Assembly: GCA_016699595.1 (NCBI GenBank)
Contig: CP064982.1
Coordinates: forward strand, 507,962 to 571,961
Direction of reading: 5' to 3'
DNA length: 64,000 bases
DNA from: a bacterium
GTDB taxonomy: Bacteria > Patescibacteriota > Dojkabacteria > GCA-016699595
A program made the position numbers and the translations under genes. Under the pieces are notes generated by a model. The model had not been told where the DNA came from and made no database searches. It saw only the letters and a list, made by a program, of their open reading frames with translations. Shown here one piece after another: positions 1 through 9,132 of this stretch; the stretch's first letter is position 1, and the number at the start of each line of letters is the position of its first letter.

Positions 1-232
1 TTTTTCTCAAAAACTTGTTACCTGCTCCATTAAAAATGGTATAGTCAACAGCAGAATTTACCCCAAACCTACAATTATAGACAACACTACCAGGATTTAA
101 TGGTTTCAATACTTCCGAAGATGCTATGACATCATTTTTAGGAGAAAGCAAAATACCTACATAAATGAAAACAACAGCAAACATTGCTGATACTATACTT
201 AAATATATTTTACTAATTCTTCTAGTTGACAT
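1..232 (-). CDS. Partial CDS (N-terminal part, runs off window start): hypothetical protein with N-terminal signal-anchor
   Basis: Manual minus-strand translation from ATG at 230-232 gives MSTRRISKIYLSIVSAMFAVVFIYVGILLSPKNDV... open to position 1; hydrophobic N-terminus; not in the ORF track because truncated. Confidence 0.3.
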   Translation of the reverse strand, partial: MSTRRISKIYLSIVSAMFAVVFIYVGILLSPKNDVIASSEVLKPLNPGSVVYNCRFGVNSAVDYTIFNGAGNKFLRK

Positions 233-329
233 ATCAATTATTAGTTAAATGAAATCTTTAGGCTGATAATTGTCAATAAATTATACAAAATTGTAGATAT
301 ATTTACATGAAAAAAGTACAATTAATGAG

Positions 330-1898
330 GTGAAATTTTTTAACAGATCAAAACCTATAGTTTTGTGTGTTTTAGATGGATTGGGAGCAGCACCCCCTGA
401 CCCTGGAAATGCCGTTGATTTTGCAAATACTCCAAACCTTGACTTTTTGTGGCCAAGATATCCTCACGGTTACCTATATGCCTCAGGGACAGAGGTTGGA
501 TTACCTTTTGGAGTACCTGGAAATTCTGAAGTCTGCCACTTAAACATTGGAGCTGGGAAAATTGTAATGAATGACCTATCTAGAATTGATAATGCAATTG
601 TAAAAGGAGAGTTTGACAAAAATCCCGTTTTTGAAAATTTGATAAAAAATTGCATTGACAATGGATCAAATTTGCATATCCTGAGTCTTGCTGGACTTGG
701 GTACACACACAGCAGTATAAATCACCTAAAGTCGTTTATCAAACTGGTACTTGCTAGGTCTGAATTGAAAAATGATTTAAATAACAGAGTCTTTATACAT
801 GCATTTACTGATGGTAGAGATTCAGGCCCAAAAACATCAAAGCAGGCACTTGAAGAAATACAAGATGCTTGTGACAGGTTTAAAATTGGGAAAATAGCGA
901 GCCTCGTTGGCAGATACTATGCTATGGATAGAGATGACCGTTGGGAAAGAACCAAAGTAGCCTATGATTTGATCATCGAGGGGCAAGGAGAACACTATGA
1001 TAATTTTTATGAGGCTATAGATGCAAGTTATGCCTCAAACATTACCGATGAATTTATCACTCCAAAGATATTTCCTGAATTTGAAAATATAAAATGTAAT
1101 GATTCAGTTATTTTTTTAAATTTTCGATCAGACAGAGCTATACAATTAACTGAGAGTCTAGTTCTTCCAAACTTTGACAAATTTGAAAGAAAACATATAT
1201 GTGGGCAATTACACCTTGCTACTATGACCAACTTTTACAATGGTTTGGTATCCAATGATAGAGTTGCCTTTCACTCAATCGAAGAAAATATACCGAATCC
1301 TCTTGCAAAAGTTATTTCAGACGCTGGTTTGAAGCAACTACATATTGCAGAATCAGAAAAATTTCCTCATGTTACATACTTTTTTAACGGTGCAAATCAC
1401 GAACCAAATCCTCAAGAAGACTGGGTTGAAGTTCCATCTCCTCGAGATGTGCCTACATATGATTACAAGCCACAAATGTCAGCACACGAACTAACTGACG
1501 AGGTACTGGAAAGAATAAATAATAACACTTATGATTTCATTTTGATCAACTTTGCAAATCCAGACATGGTTGGACATACTGGAGTTTTGAAAGCTGGCAT
1601 CAAAGCTATAGAGACAGTTGATGAGTGTATAGGCAGGATATATCCTGAAGTTTTGAAGCTTGGTGGAACAATGATAATTACTTCAGATCATGGTAATGTT
1701 GAAGAAATGATAAATAAAGTCACTGGGGATATAGATACTCAACATTCAATAAATCCAGTCCCATTCATCTTTATAAAAAACGGTGAAAATCCTAGAGAAA
1801 TTAGATTTGGTAGACTTGCAGATATTTCTCCGACTATTTTGAATCTTCTTCAAATACCTGTCCCACATGATATGACTGGAAGAGATTTGCTTAGCTAG
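330..1898 (+). CDS. gpmI: 2,3-bisphosphoglycerate-independent phosphoglycerate mutase
   Basis: 522 aa; N-terminal VLCVLDGLG, NSEVCHLNIGAGKIV, GRYYAMDRDDRWERT and C-terminal DMVGHTG/TSDHGN motifs typical of iPGM; GTG start at 330 is uncertain. Confidence 0.9.
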   Translation: MKFFNRSKPIVLCVLDGLGAAPPDPGNAVDFANTPNLDFLWPRYPHGYLYASGTEVGLPFGVPGNSEVCHLNIGAGKIVMNDLSRIDNAIVKGEFDKNPVFENLIKNCIDNGSNLHILSLAGLGYTHSSINHLKSFIKLVLARSELKNDLNNRVFIHAFTDGRDSGPKTSKQALEEIQDACDRFKIGKIASLVGRYYAMDRDDRWERTKVAYDLIIEGQGEHYDNFYEAIDASYASNITDEFITPKIFPEFENIKCNDSVIFLNFRSDRAIQLTESLVLPNFDKFERKHICGQLHLATMTNFYNGLVSNDRVAFHSIEENIPNPLAKVISDAGLKQLHIAESEKFPHVTYFFNGANHEPNPQEDWVEVPSPRDVPTYDYKPQMSAHELTDEVLERINNNTYDFILINFANPDMVGHTGVLKAGIKAIETVDECIGRIYPEVLKLGGTMIITSDHGNVEEMINKVTGDIDTQHSINPVPFIFIKNGENPREIRFGRLADISPTILNLLQIPVPHDMTGRDLLS

Positions 1899-2002
1899 AG
1901 AAAATTATATACATTCTTCAGAATACATATTTTGTAATATTTAAGCCTAGAAAATAGCTAAAAATTATTGAACTATTAGACACATTTTGTCATAATTTCT
2001 CA

Positions 2003-4252
2003 ATGCCTATTGATATCTCAAATAAGTACTCTACTGATTTTTTACAAACTTTAGAAAAAGCATTTGAGCTTACTTACTTTCAAAATAGATTTGAAGTAAC
2101 TATATGGGATTTTTGGAAAGTGATAATTGACCAGGAAAGCTATTTTACACTCTTTACTGAGATAAATTTGCCAACAGATACTATAGACAAGATAAAAACG
2201 CTACCCACTTCGATTGACCAGAATATTGCAAAGAAAAAGCCTGATACAAAGTCTATAAATACCTACAGAGTTCAAATTTCACATTCTTTGCACAAGTTGA
2301 TACTACTAAGTTACATGATTTCTGTTCGTTTTGGCAGAGAATTTGTGAATATTGAGGACAGCATACTCGCTTTTCTGGAATATCCTGACTCAGAACATAT
2401 ATTTTATAAATTGAAAATTGATCAACGAGCATTGGAAAATGCTATCAATGCGAGAATTGGAGGAGGCATGAATCTTACTGAAGATACTACAACTCCAGTA
2501 CTGAACAAATTTTCCACTGATTTAACAGCAAAAGCAAGGATAACTCCATTACACAAAGCCATTGGAAGAGATAGAGAAATTGCACAGTTGATTCGTGTTT
2601 TATCTAGAGAAAGCAAGTCAAATGCTATTCTAGTAGGAGAAGCAGGAGTCGGGAAGACAGCTATAGTTGAAACATTCGCTGAAATGGTAGTCAAAAATGA
2701 AATTCCAACAGCATTTCTTGATGCAAGGGTACTAAGTTTGAACCTATCATTATTGATGAGTGCAGCAATGAATCGGCAAGTTATCGACGATGTACTTACT
2801 ACAATTTTGGATGAAGTCAAACTTGATCCAAACATTATTCTCTTTATTGATGAGATTCATCTTATCACGCAAGACTCGAATCAAAGTGAAACTAGTATTA
2901 TTGCAAATATCTTGAAACCTGCTCTTGCAAGAGGTGAGATAAAAACCATTGGAGCAACAACTATGAGTGAATATAGGAAGTTTATTGAACCTGATGGAGC
3001 ACTTGCTAGAAGATTTGAAGTAATCAAAGTTGAGGAACCAAATGTAGAAAACTCTATACTTATTTGCAAAGAGGTAAGGAAGAGATTGGAAAACTTTCAT
3101 AAGTTGAAAATAAATGATGAAGCAATACAAAATGCTGTTGAATTATCAAAAAGATACATTACTGATAAATTTCTGCCAGATAAGGCTATTGACCTTCTAG
3201 ATGAAGCATGTGCAGCTGAAGAATCAGGTTCGAGTGCTAAATCAGATGACAAAATAATCACTGCTGACGATGTAAGAAAAATACTATCAGAAAAAACGGG
3301 GATACCTATTCAAAAACTGAGTGCTGACGAAGCAAGTAAACTAATGGATTTGGAAGGACAACTGAGAGAACATGTAAAAGGACAAGATTTAGCAGTCTAT
3401 AAAGTAGCAGAAGTTATACGCAGAAGTAGAGCTGGATTGAAAGATCCCAAAAAACCAATTGGTAGCTTTCTTTTTCTGGGTCCGTCTGGAGTTGGTAAGA
3501 CCGAGCTGGCCAAAGCTATCACCAAAATTGTTTATGACACAGAGAAAGCGATGATTAGGGTAGATATGAGCGAATTTAGCGAAAGTCATACTGTACAAAG
3601 GTTAGTTGGAGCACCCCCTGGTTATGTCGGTTATGAAGAGGGTGGCCAGCTTACCAATCCTGTTTTTGAAAGACCATATAGTTTGGTATTGTTAGATGAA
3701 ATTGAAAAGGCAAATGCAAAAGTCTTTGATGTATTTCTACAAGTCCTTGATGATGGACGACTTACAGATGGTCAAGGAAGAACTGTCGACTTTAAAAACA
3801 CAATTATAATCGCAACAAGTAACCTAGCTTCAGATATTATTACTCAATATTTTTCACAATCTATGAATCAATATCAAACTGCTTCTATAGAAGAAAGTGA
3901 ACAAATGATCAATAATTTGTACGAGTCCTATGTATTACCTGTTTTAAAACAAAGCTTTAGACCAGAATTCATCAATAGATTTGATAATGTCGTTATATTC
4001 AATGGACTTACTATTGATGCACTGAAACATATAGGACAGCTTAAGGTCAAAGAAATTGAAGATAGACTGAAGGATAGAAATATCACTATAAATCTGAAAC
4101 CACAAACTTTGGATGCCTTAGTTGCAAAATCATATTCTCCACAATTTGGTGCAAGACCTTTAGTTCGGGCCTTGCAGGAAAAAGTTGAGAACTTTATAGC
4201 AAAAGGTATAATTGATGCAAGCATCAAAGATGGAGACAGAGTCGAAATCTAA
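2003..4252 (+). CDS. clpC: Clp/Hsp100 AAA+ ATPase (ClpC/ClpA-like), two nucleotide-binding domains
   Basis: 749 aa; Walker A GEAGVGKTAIVE (D1) and GPSGVGKTELAKAI (D2), conserved GAPPGYVGYEEGGQLT, N-terminal Clp-N-like region. Confidence 0.85.
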   Translation: MPIDISNKYSTDFLQTLEKAFELTYFQNRFEVTIWDFWKVIIDQESYFTLFTEINLPTDTIDKIKTLPTSIDQNIAKKKPDTKSINTYRVQISHSLHKLILLSYMISVRFGREFVNIEDSILAFLEYPDSEHIFYKLKIDQRALENAINARIGGGMNLTEDTTTPVLNKFSTDLTAKARITPLHKAIGRDREIAQLIRVLSRESKSNAILVGEAGVGKTAIVETFAEMVVKNEIPTAFLDARVLSLNLSLLMSAAMNRQVIDDVLTTILDEVKLDPNIILFIDEIHLITQDSNQSETSIIANILKPALARGEIKTIGATTMSEYRKFIEPDGALARRFEVIKVEEPNVENSILICKEVRKRLENFHKLKINDEAIQNAVELSKRYITDKFLPDKAIDLLDEACAAEESGSSAKSDDKIITADDVRKILSEKTGIPIQKLSADEASKLMDLEGQLREHVKGQDLAVYKVAEVIRRSRAGLKDPKKPIGSFLFLGPSGVGKTELAKAITKIVYDTEKAMIRVDMSEFSESHTVQRLVGAPPGYVGYEEGGQLTNPVFERPYSLVLLDEIEKANAKVFDVFLQVLDDGRLTDGQGRTVDFKNTIIIATSNLASDIITQYFSQSMNQYQTASIEESEQMINNLYESYVLPVLKQSFRPEFINRFDNVVIFNGLTIDALKHIGQLKVKEIEDRLKDRNITINLKPQTLDALVAKSYSPQFGARPLVRALQEKVENFIAKGIIDASIKDGDRVEI

Positions 4253-4390
4253 TATAGATGAAATAATTAACGGTTATTTATTATGCAGAGAAGAAAAAAT
4301 ACAAATCGATCTATTTATCGACTTGAATTAATCATGGAATATCTTGCGAGATATTTAAGGTGTTAAGAAATACAATATAATATAACATCA

Positions 4391-4435
4391 GGGATAAAAG
4401 GAAAATTGCTCGGCTCGCAATTTTCCTTTTATCCC
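4391..4435. terminator. Perfect 18-bp stem / 9-nt loop hairpin between convergent clpC and SDR genes, putative bidirectional intrinsic terminator
   Basis: GGGATAAAAGGAAAATTG-ctcggctcg-CAATTTTCCTTTTATCCC followed by TTGTT; lies downstream of both flanking 3' ends. Confidence 0.4.
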
Positions 4436-4520
4436 TTGTTAAATGAGGGTGAACGAAACGAAGTGGAGTGAAAGCGCAGCGTCCCCTTGAGTTCAAGCCC
4501 GAGCCGTCTCTACACTTAGA

Positions 4521-5261
4521 TTAATCATATCCACCATCAACTTTTAGAATACTTCCAGTAATATAATTAGCATCATCAGATGCAAAAAATAAAATCGCTT
4601 TTGCAATTTCTTCTGGTCTGGCAAATCTTTTCATATAGATTTTCTCTGTTTCTTCTTCAACAAAATTCTTTGGCAAATCTTTATTCATCTCGGTATCCAC
4701 CCAACCTGGAGCAATGGAATTTACTTGAATTTTTGGAGCAAGTTCTTTTGCCAAATTCTTAGTCAAATTAATAATTCCTGCTTTTGAAGCGTCATAATCC
4801 GCAGCTTCAGGACTAAGAGTATTAATTCCATTTGTTGAAGAAATGTTAATTATTTTTCCTTTGCCATTTTTCAGCATTTGTTCAGAAGCATATTTACTGC
4901 AAAGAAATGTTCCAATTAAATTGACATTTAAGGTTTGTTTCCATTGCTCAACAGTTTTTTCAAACAATGGAACATCAAAAACAATTCCCGCATTATTTAC
5001 TAAGATGTCAATTTTTCCAAAAGTATCGATTGTTTTTTGAATCATTTCTTTGACTTCGTTTTCTTTGGAAACATCGCATTTGATTGCTATTGCTTCGGAA
5101 CCAATTTTCTTGATTTGATCAACAACAGAAAATGCTTCTTTTTCAGAGGAAAAATAATTGACTACTACTTTTGCTCCTTCTTTTGCGAAAAGTAATGCAG
5201 TAGATTTGCCAATACCTTTACTAGAACCAGTAATAATTGCGATTTTATTTTTTAGCTTCAT
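4521..5261 (-). CDS. Short-chain dehydrogenase/reductase (3-oxoacyl-ACP reductase FabG-like)
   Basis: MKLKNKIAIITGSSKGIGK glycine-rich NAD(P)-binding motif, NNAG, YxxxK-type catalytic region; start trimmed from track M (5306) to the MKLKNK Met at 5261. Confidence 0.8.
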   Translation of the reverse strand: MKLKNKIAIITGSSKGIGKSTALLFAKEGAKVVVNYFSSEKEAFSVVDQIKKIGSEAIAIKCDVSKENEVKEMIQKTIDTFGKIDILVNNAGIVFDVPLFEKTVEQWKQTLNVNLIGTFLCSKYASEQMLKNGKGKIINISSTNGINTLSPEAADYDASKAGIINLTKNLAKELAPKIQVNSIAPGWVDTEMNKDLPKNFVEEETEKIYMKRFARPEEIAKAILFFASDDANYITGSILKVDGGYD

Positions 5262-5366
5262 ATGGATATGATTAATTGATTGGTATATATAACTTTTTCT
5301 ACACATCTAGGCTCGGGCTTGAATTTCATTTAACATCAATATGAACGAAATAGAGGAAATATAGGT

Positions 5367-6152
5367 TTATTTCCATATCTCAAACATTCTTTTTGCAACC
5401 TCATATGGGTTTTTGCTAGCCCAAATATTTCTACCTACAGCCATTCCTGCAGAACCTGAAGATTTCAACAATTGAACTCTATTTAGAAAGTCTTCTTCTT
5501 TGGTTTCTATACCGCCAGCAAAAATAACTTTCGTAGGGCCTGCAATCTGTACAATTTCTGAAAGTATTGACAACTTGTCATCTTGATTCATATCTTCACT
5601 AAAATGTGGATATTTTATCTTTACTGCATCAGCTCCAATCTCTAGACCCAATCGTGCATGGTATGCAATGTTTTTTGGACTTGTACTCAGCTCATCATGC
5701 TCTTTTTTGGATGGATATGACCATAAGACAAAATCAAGACCAGCAACTTTTGTGCTTTCTTGCAATATTCCTGCTTCCCTAACCATGTCAGATTCATATT
5801 CAGAACCCCAATATACAGTATAACCTATCGCTGTGGCTCCTATGCTAACTGCATATTCTATCGTGGAATATGCCAAACTGACATCATTTGTAGCAGACAT
5901 TCTTGTCTTCCCATTTATCTTAAGCACTAACGAAGTTGGAGAAAAGTTTAGCATTGAACCAAGTTTATATTTTTGAGAATAATGTGATGCCGGACCTTTT
6001 TGAAGAGCAATTCCGGTGAATCCTTGTTCTTGTGCAAGTTTGAAAATATTATAAATATCTGAACTCCAGCTATTCAAGCATGATGGCCCAATTTCCATGC
6101 CTTGATCATAAGCTAAGATAAATACTTGTCCTTTGTTGTTTGTAATTTTCAT
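5367..6152 (-). CDS. Class I fructose-bisphosphate aldolase (DhnA/FbaB-type)
   Basis: 261 aa; ILAYDQG, LKIN, AIGYTVYWGSE, VLWSYP, GADAVKIKYP segments align by eye with the E. coli FbaB family. Confidence 0.7.
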   Translation of the reverse strand: MKITNNKGQVFILAYDQGMEIGPSCLNSWSSDIYNIFKLAQEQGFTGIALQKGPASHYSQKYKLGSMLNFSPTSLVLKINGKTRMSATNDVSLAYSTIEYAVSIGATAIGYTVYWGSEYESDMVREAGILQESTKVAGLDFVLWSYPSKKEHDELSTSPKNIAYHARLGLEIGADAVKIKYPHFSEDMNQDDKLSILSEIVQIAGPTKVIFAGGIETKEEDFLNRVQLLKSSGSAGMAVGRNIWASKNPYEVAKRMFEIWK

Positions 6153-6168
6153 AGGCAGTAAATGTTGA

Positions 6169-6453
6169 TTAAGTAGCTTTCCCTAGTACTGAAGGCACTC
6201 CAAATCCACCTTTTCGAATATTCTTAGCATTTGACAATGCTTCTTCTTGGGTTAGGGATGGTTCAGAAATATCTTCTCTTAGATTGTTAATTTCTACAAA
6301 GCTCAAAAACTCTATTCCTTTGGTATCTACATCTTTGAGAGATTCAAACAATTCAAAAATGTTTGACAATTGTACAGAATACTTGGCTAATTCATCTTCA
6401 GTTAGCTTCAATTTTGCTAATTTTGCTGTTTTTTTAACTATACTAGTATCCAT
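6169..6453 (-). CDS. gatC: Asp/Glu-tRNA amidotransferase subunit C
   Basis: 94 aa; LAKLKLTEDELAKY...NNLREDISEPSL pattern and size typical of GatC. Confidence 0.75.
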   Translation of the reverse strand: MDTSIVKKTAKLAKLKLTEDELAKYSVQLSNIFELFESLKDVDTKGIEFLSFVEINNLREDISEPSLTQEEALSNAKNIRKGGFGVPSVLGKAT

Positions 6454-6470
6454 TTGTCTATACCAATCAA

Positions 6471-8393
6471 TTATAATTTTCCTGATATTATCGTATGTAC
6501 CAACGAAGATGGAAAAACCACATGTACATTTCTCTTTATACTTTCAATCATTATATTACCAAATTTGCCAGAAATCAAATTGTCATCCAGATCTTTATCT
6601 ACAAACCTGAGCATTAACAGAATCCCTAGATCCTTTTTTGACATATTTTTTATTTGTGTATTTATAGGATCAGTTAAAAAGTTAAAAAGTTTTTCTATGC
6701 CATATTTATAACCAAGCTCAAAAAAAACTGATTTCATCAAACTTTCAAATAATTCTGATTCAGAAAACCTTCTATACAACGCTTGTTTTCCAAATGTTGA
6801 TAACTGACATTGATTATTTGAAACCTTAGCTAAACTGGCCAATCTTAATAACTCTAACATTTGCGAATTTTGTTTGGACGAAGGTTTACCAATGTCAAAG
6901 TTTACAACTGATTCTAAAGTATGTAATAACTTTGTAACAATCCCATTTTGAAATCTACCCTCTTCATTGTCCTCAAATTTAGTCACTATCAAAACTTTTG
7001 TCAAAATCATATCTGACATTTTATCCGCTCTAAGATGAGTAGCATTCTTAGAATTGTTTTTAATATTTACATTGCCAAGCAAAAACTTCCTGATATCTTC
7101 AAAATGCTTCTTTTCGAGCAATCTATATAGTCTATTTAGAGATTTTTTGTAGTATAGACTATTTCTATTTCTCTCCCTTAGATTTACATTTACAGATGTC
7201 AATTCATATATCGGCAATAATTTTTGAAAAGTGGCCAAATATTGTTCAAAGTTATCATAGCACCTGTACACACTTTGAAACTTTTCGTTTATTCTCTCAA
7301 ACTCTTCAACTACTTCAAATGTAGAAACTTTATTTGGAACACTTGAATAGTTTAACAAATTACTCTCATCACCATCATTCATATATTCAGAGATTCTTAG
7401 AACCTTGTTTATGAAGTCCTTCGTAAAGCTCTCAGTATTCAGAAAAGATTGTTTTGCAGGATGAGATACAAACAAACTTTTGGCAAGAAATTTCAAAAAA
7501 ACTATATCTTCAGCCGATAGTAATTCAAAGTTCAATTTTAATTCAAGATTCTCTATAAATTTCTCAATGGACTTCTCCTCCAATATTTCTAGTTCAAAAT
7601 CAAAAAGATTGAGTCTTATCAATAATTCTCTGCACTTATGAAAAAAAACTACGAGAAGTTCATCGTATTCCAAACTCTGGATCACTTCTATTTTGTCTAA
7701 TGTATTTTGAAATCTATAAAACAAATATAATGAATCAAGTTGGGGTGAATATTTTTTAAATGATTGACCTCGCAGAAGTTTTTGACCCGCCTCTAACTTC
7801 TCAAATCTAGCTGCAACAAAACCTTCGGTAAATTTCCAAATATACCCATCTTTATAAATTCTAGCTAGAAGGATCGCTCCCCTTTTCAAAAAGATTCTAT
7901 CACTTTTGTCAACAGAAAAAACACTTTTCGTTTTGATATTTTCAAGGAAGACTATATTTGCAGAATCAAATCCAACTATTTTGAATTCGGAATAAATTGT
8001 ATGTAGAAAATTCTGGAAAAGTATATATTCCTCAGGGTCAACTACTTTTGCAAAATCAAGATAATGTTCTAGTATTGTTTTTGTCTCTCCACCAATATCT
8101 ACTTTTCCTTCAAAAACCAATCCTTCAAACAAAGCTACAATCTGATCCATATTTGCTACACCTTCAAAATATTGCATAATCTTCAATTCAAAGTACTTAG
8201 GCCAAAACTTCTGTGAAGCAAGCCAAACTCCAATTTTCTTCATCCATCCTGGACCTTGAAATTTTGAAGAAAGGGTAAAATTCGAAATATTTAATTCGTT
8301 TGATTTTGAATCTGGATAATTGTCAAATTTCTCCTTTGCTTTAACTTTTTTTTCAGAAAATGGATCTTGATTTGCCAGTATCTTGTATGACAT
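6471..8393 (-). CDS. Hypothetical protein (640 aa), no recognisable motif
   Basis: Long uninterrupted ORF tightly spaced with neighbours; no Walker or other motif recognised. Confidence 0.5.
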   Translation of the reverse strand: MSYKILANQDPFSEKKVKAKEKFDNYPDSKSNELNISNFTLSSKFQGPGWMKKIGVWLASQKFWPKYFELKIMQYFEGVANMDQIVALFEGLVFEGKVDIGGETKTILEHYLDFAKVVDPEEYILFQNFLHTIYSEFKIVGFDSANIVFLENIKTKSVFSVDKSDRIFLKRGAILLARIYKDGYIWKFTEGFVAARFEKLEAGQKLLRGQSFKKYSPQLDSLYLFYRFQNTLDKIEVIQSLEYDELLVVFFHKCRELLIRLNLFDFELEILEEKSIEKFIENLELKLNFELLSAEDIVFLKFLAKSLFVSHPAKQSFLNTESFTKDFINKVLRISEYMNDGDESNLLNYSSVPNKVSTFEVVEEFERINEKFQSVYRCYDNFEQYLATFQKLLPIYELTSVNVNLRERNRNSLYYKKSLNRLYRLLEKKHFEDIRKFLLGNVNIKNNSKNATHLRADKMSDMILTKVLIVTKFEDNEEGRFQNGIVTKLLHTLESVVNFDIGKPSSKQNSQMLELLRLASLAKVSNNQCQLSTFGKQALYRRFSESELFESLMKSVFFELGYKYGIEKLFNFLTDPINTQIKNMSKKDLGILLMLRFVDKDLDDNLISGKFGNIMIESIKRNVHVVFPSSLVHTIISGKL

Positions 8394-8405
8394 TTACAAA
8401 TTATA

Positions 8406-9107
8406 TCAATTGAAGCGTTCAAAATGAATACTTTCCTCAGAATAGCCCTTTTGAAGTAAGTATTCCTGCAAATCATTTACAGCTTGTTTGCTACCACAAA
8501 TGAAGAAATGAGGAGATTTCAAGTTGCTTAATGTAAGTTTATCTAATCCGTCTTGTATATGCCCAATATTATAGCTACCAAATATCTCTTCACCTTTGGA
8601 TAACCATAATTCATAGTGAAAGTGATTATTCTCTTTCATGAGCTTATCAAAACAGTCCTTATAGTAAATGTCCTTTACAAATCTCAGTCCATGATAAAGA
8701 AACAAATGTCTTATTCTTTGTGAATGAAAATTTATTTCTGTCTCAGGGAGCAAACTTTCTATCATGATTTTTATAGGGGCAATACCAACTCCAGTTGCTA
8801 AGAAAATTAGATCCGAATCGATAGGGATCTTTTCAAGTGTAAATTTACCTATAGGACCTAGCATTTTGATGTTATCGCCAATTTGTAAATTTGATAATAA
8901 GCTTGTAAATCTACCTCCTTCAATGATTTCTATCGTCAAACTAAAGGAATCTTCTAGAATACCTGATATTGAATAAGCCCTAGCAACCTTGTCTAATACT
9001 AAGTTGACATATTGACCAGGCTGTGGATTAAAATTTTGTGGCCTTGCAAAAAAAAATTCGACAACACTTGTTGTCAAATTTATCTTTTTTAATAGCCTTG
9101 TGAACAT
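8406..9107 (-). CDS. Ferredoxin-NADP reductase-like FAD/NAD(P)-binding oxidoreductase
   Basis: RAYSIS (RxYS FAD-binding) and LATGVGIAPIKIM nucleotide-binding motifs; start trimmed to MFTRLL at 9107 to avoid overlap with the upstream gene. Confidence 0.6.
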   Translation of the reverse strand: MFTRLLKKINLTTSVVEFFFARPQNFNPQPGQYVNLVLDKVARAYSISGILEDSFSLTIEIIEGGRFTSLLSNLQIGDNIKMLGPIGKFTLEKIPIDSDLIFLATGVGIAPIKIMIESLLPETEINFHSQRIRHLFLYHGLRFVKDIYYKDCFDKLMKENNHFHYELWLSKGEEIFGSYNIGHIQDGLDKLTLSNLKSPHFFICGSKQAVNDLQEYLLQKGYSEESIHFERFN

Positions 9108-9132
9108 ATACTTTATAAAAAGAGAAAAATTT

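Noticed and set aside
270-299. Sigma70-like promoter upstream of gpmI (TTGTCA at 270-275, TAGATA at 294-299)
   Set aside because: In AT-rich DNA such hexamer matches are frequent; spacing is 18 nt and the -10 is imperfect, so not reported as a feature without transcript data.
4450-5350. Possibility that the GC-rich SDR-flanking sequences are fragments of a disrupted tRNA gene
   Set aside because: The GAGTTCAAGCCCGAGCC segment superficially resembles a T-arm, but no acceptor, D or anticodon arms can be assembled on either side; the inverted-repeat interpretation fits better.
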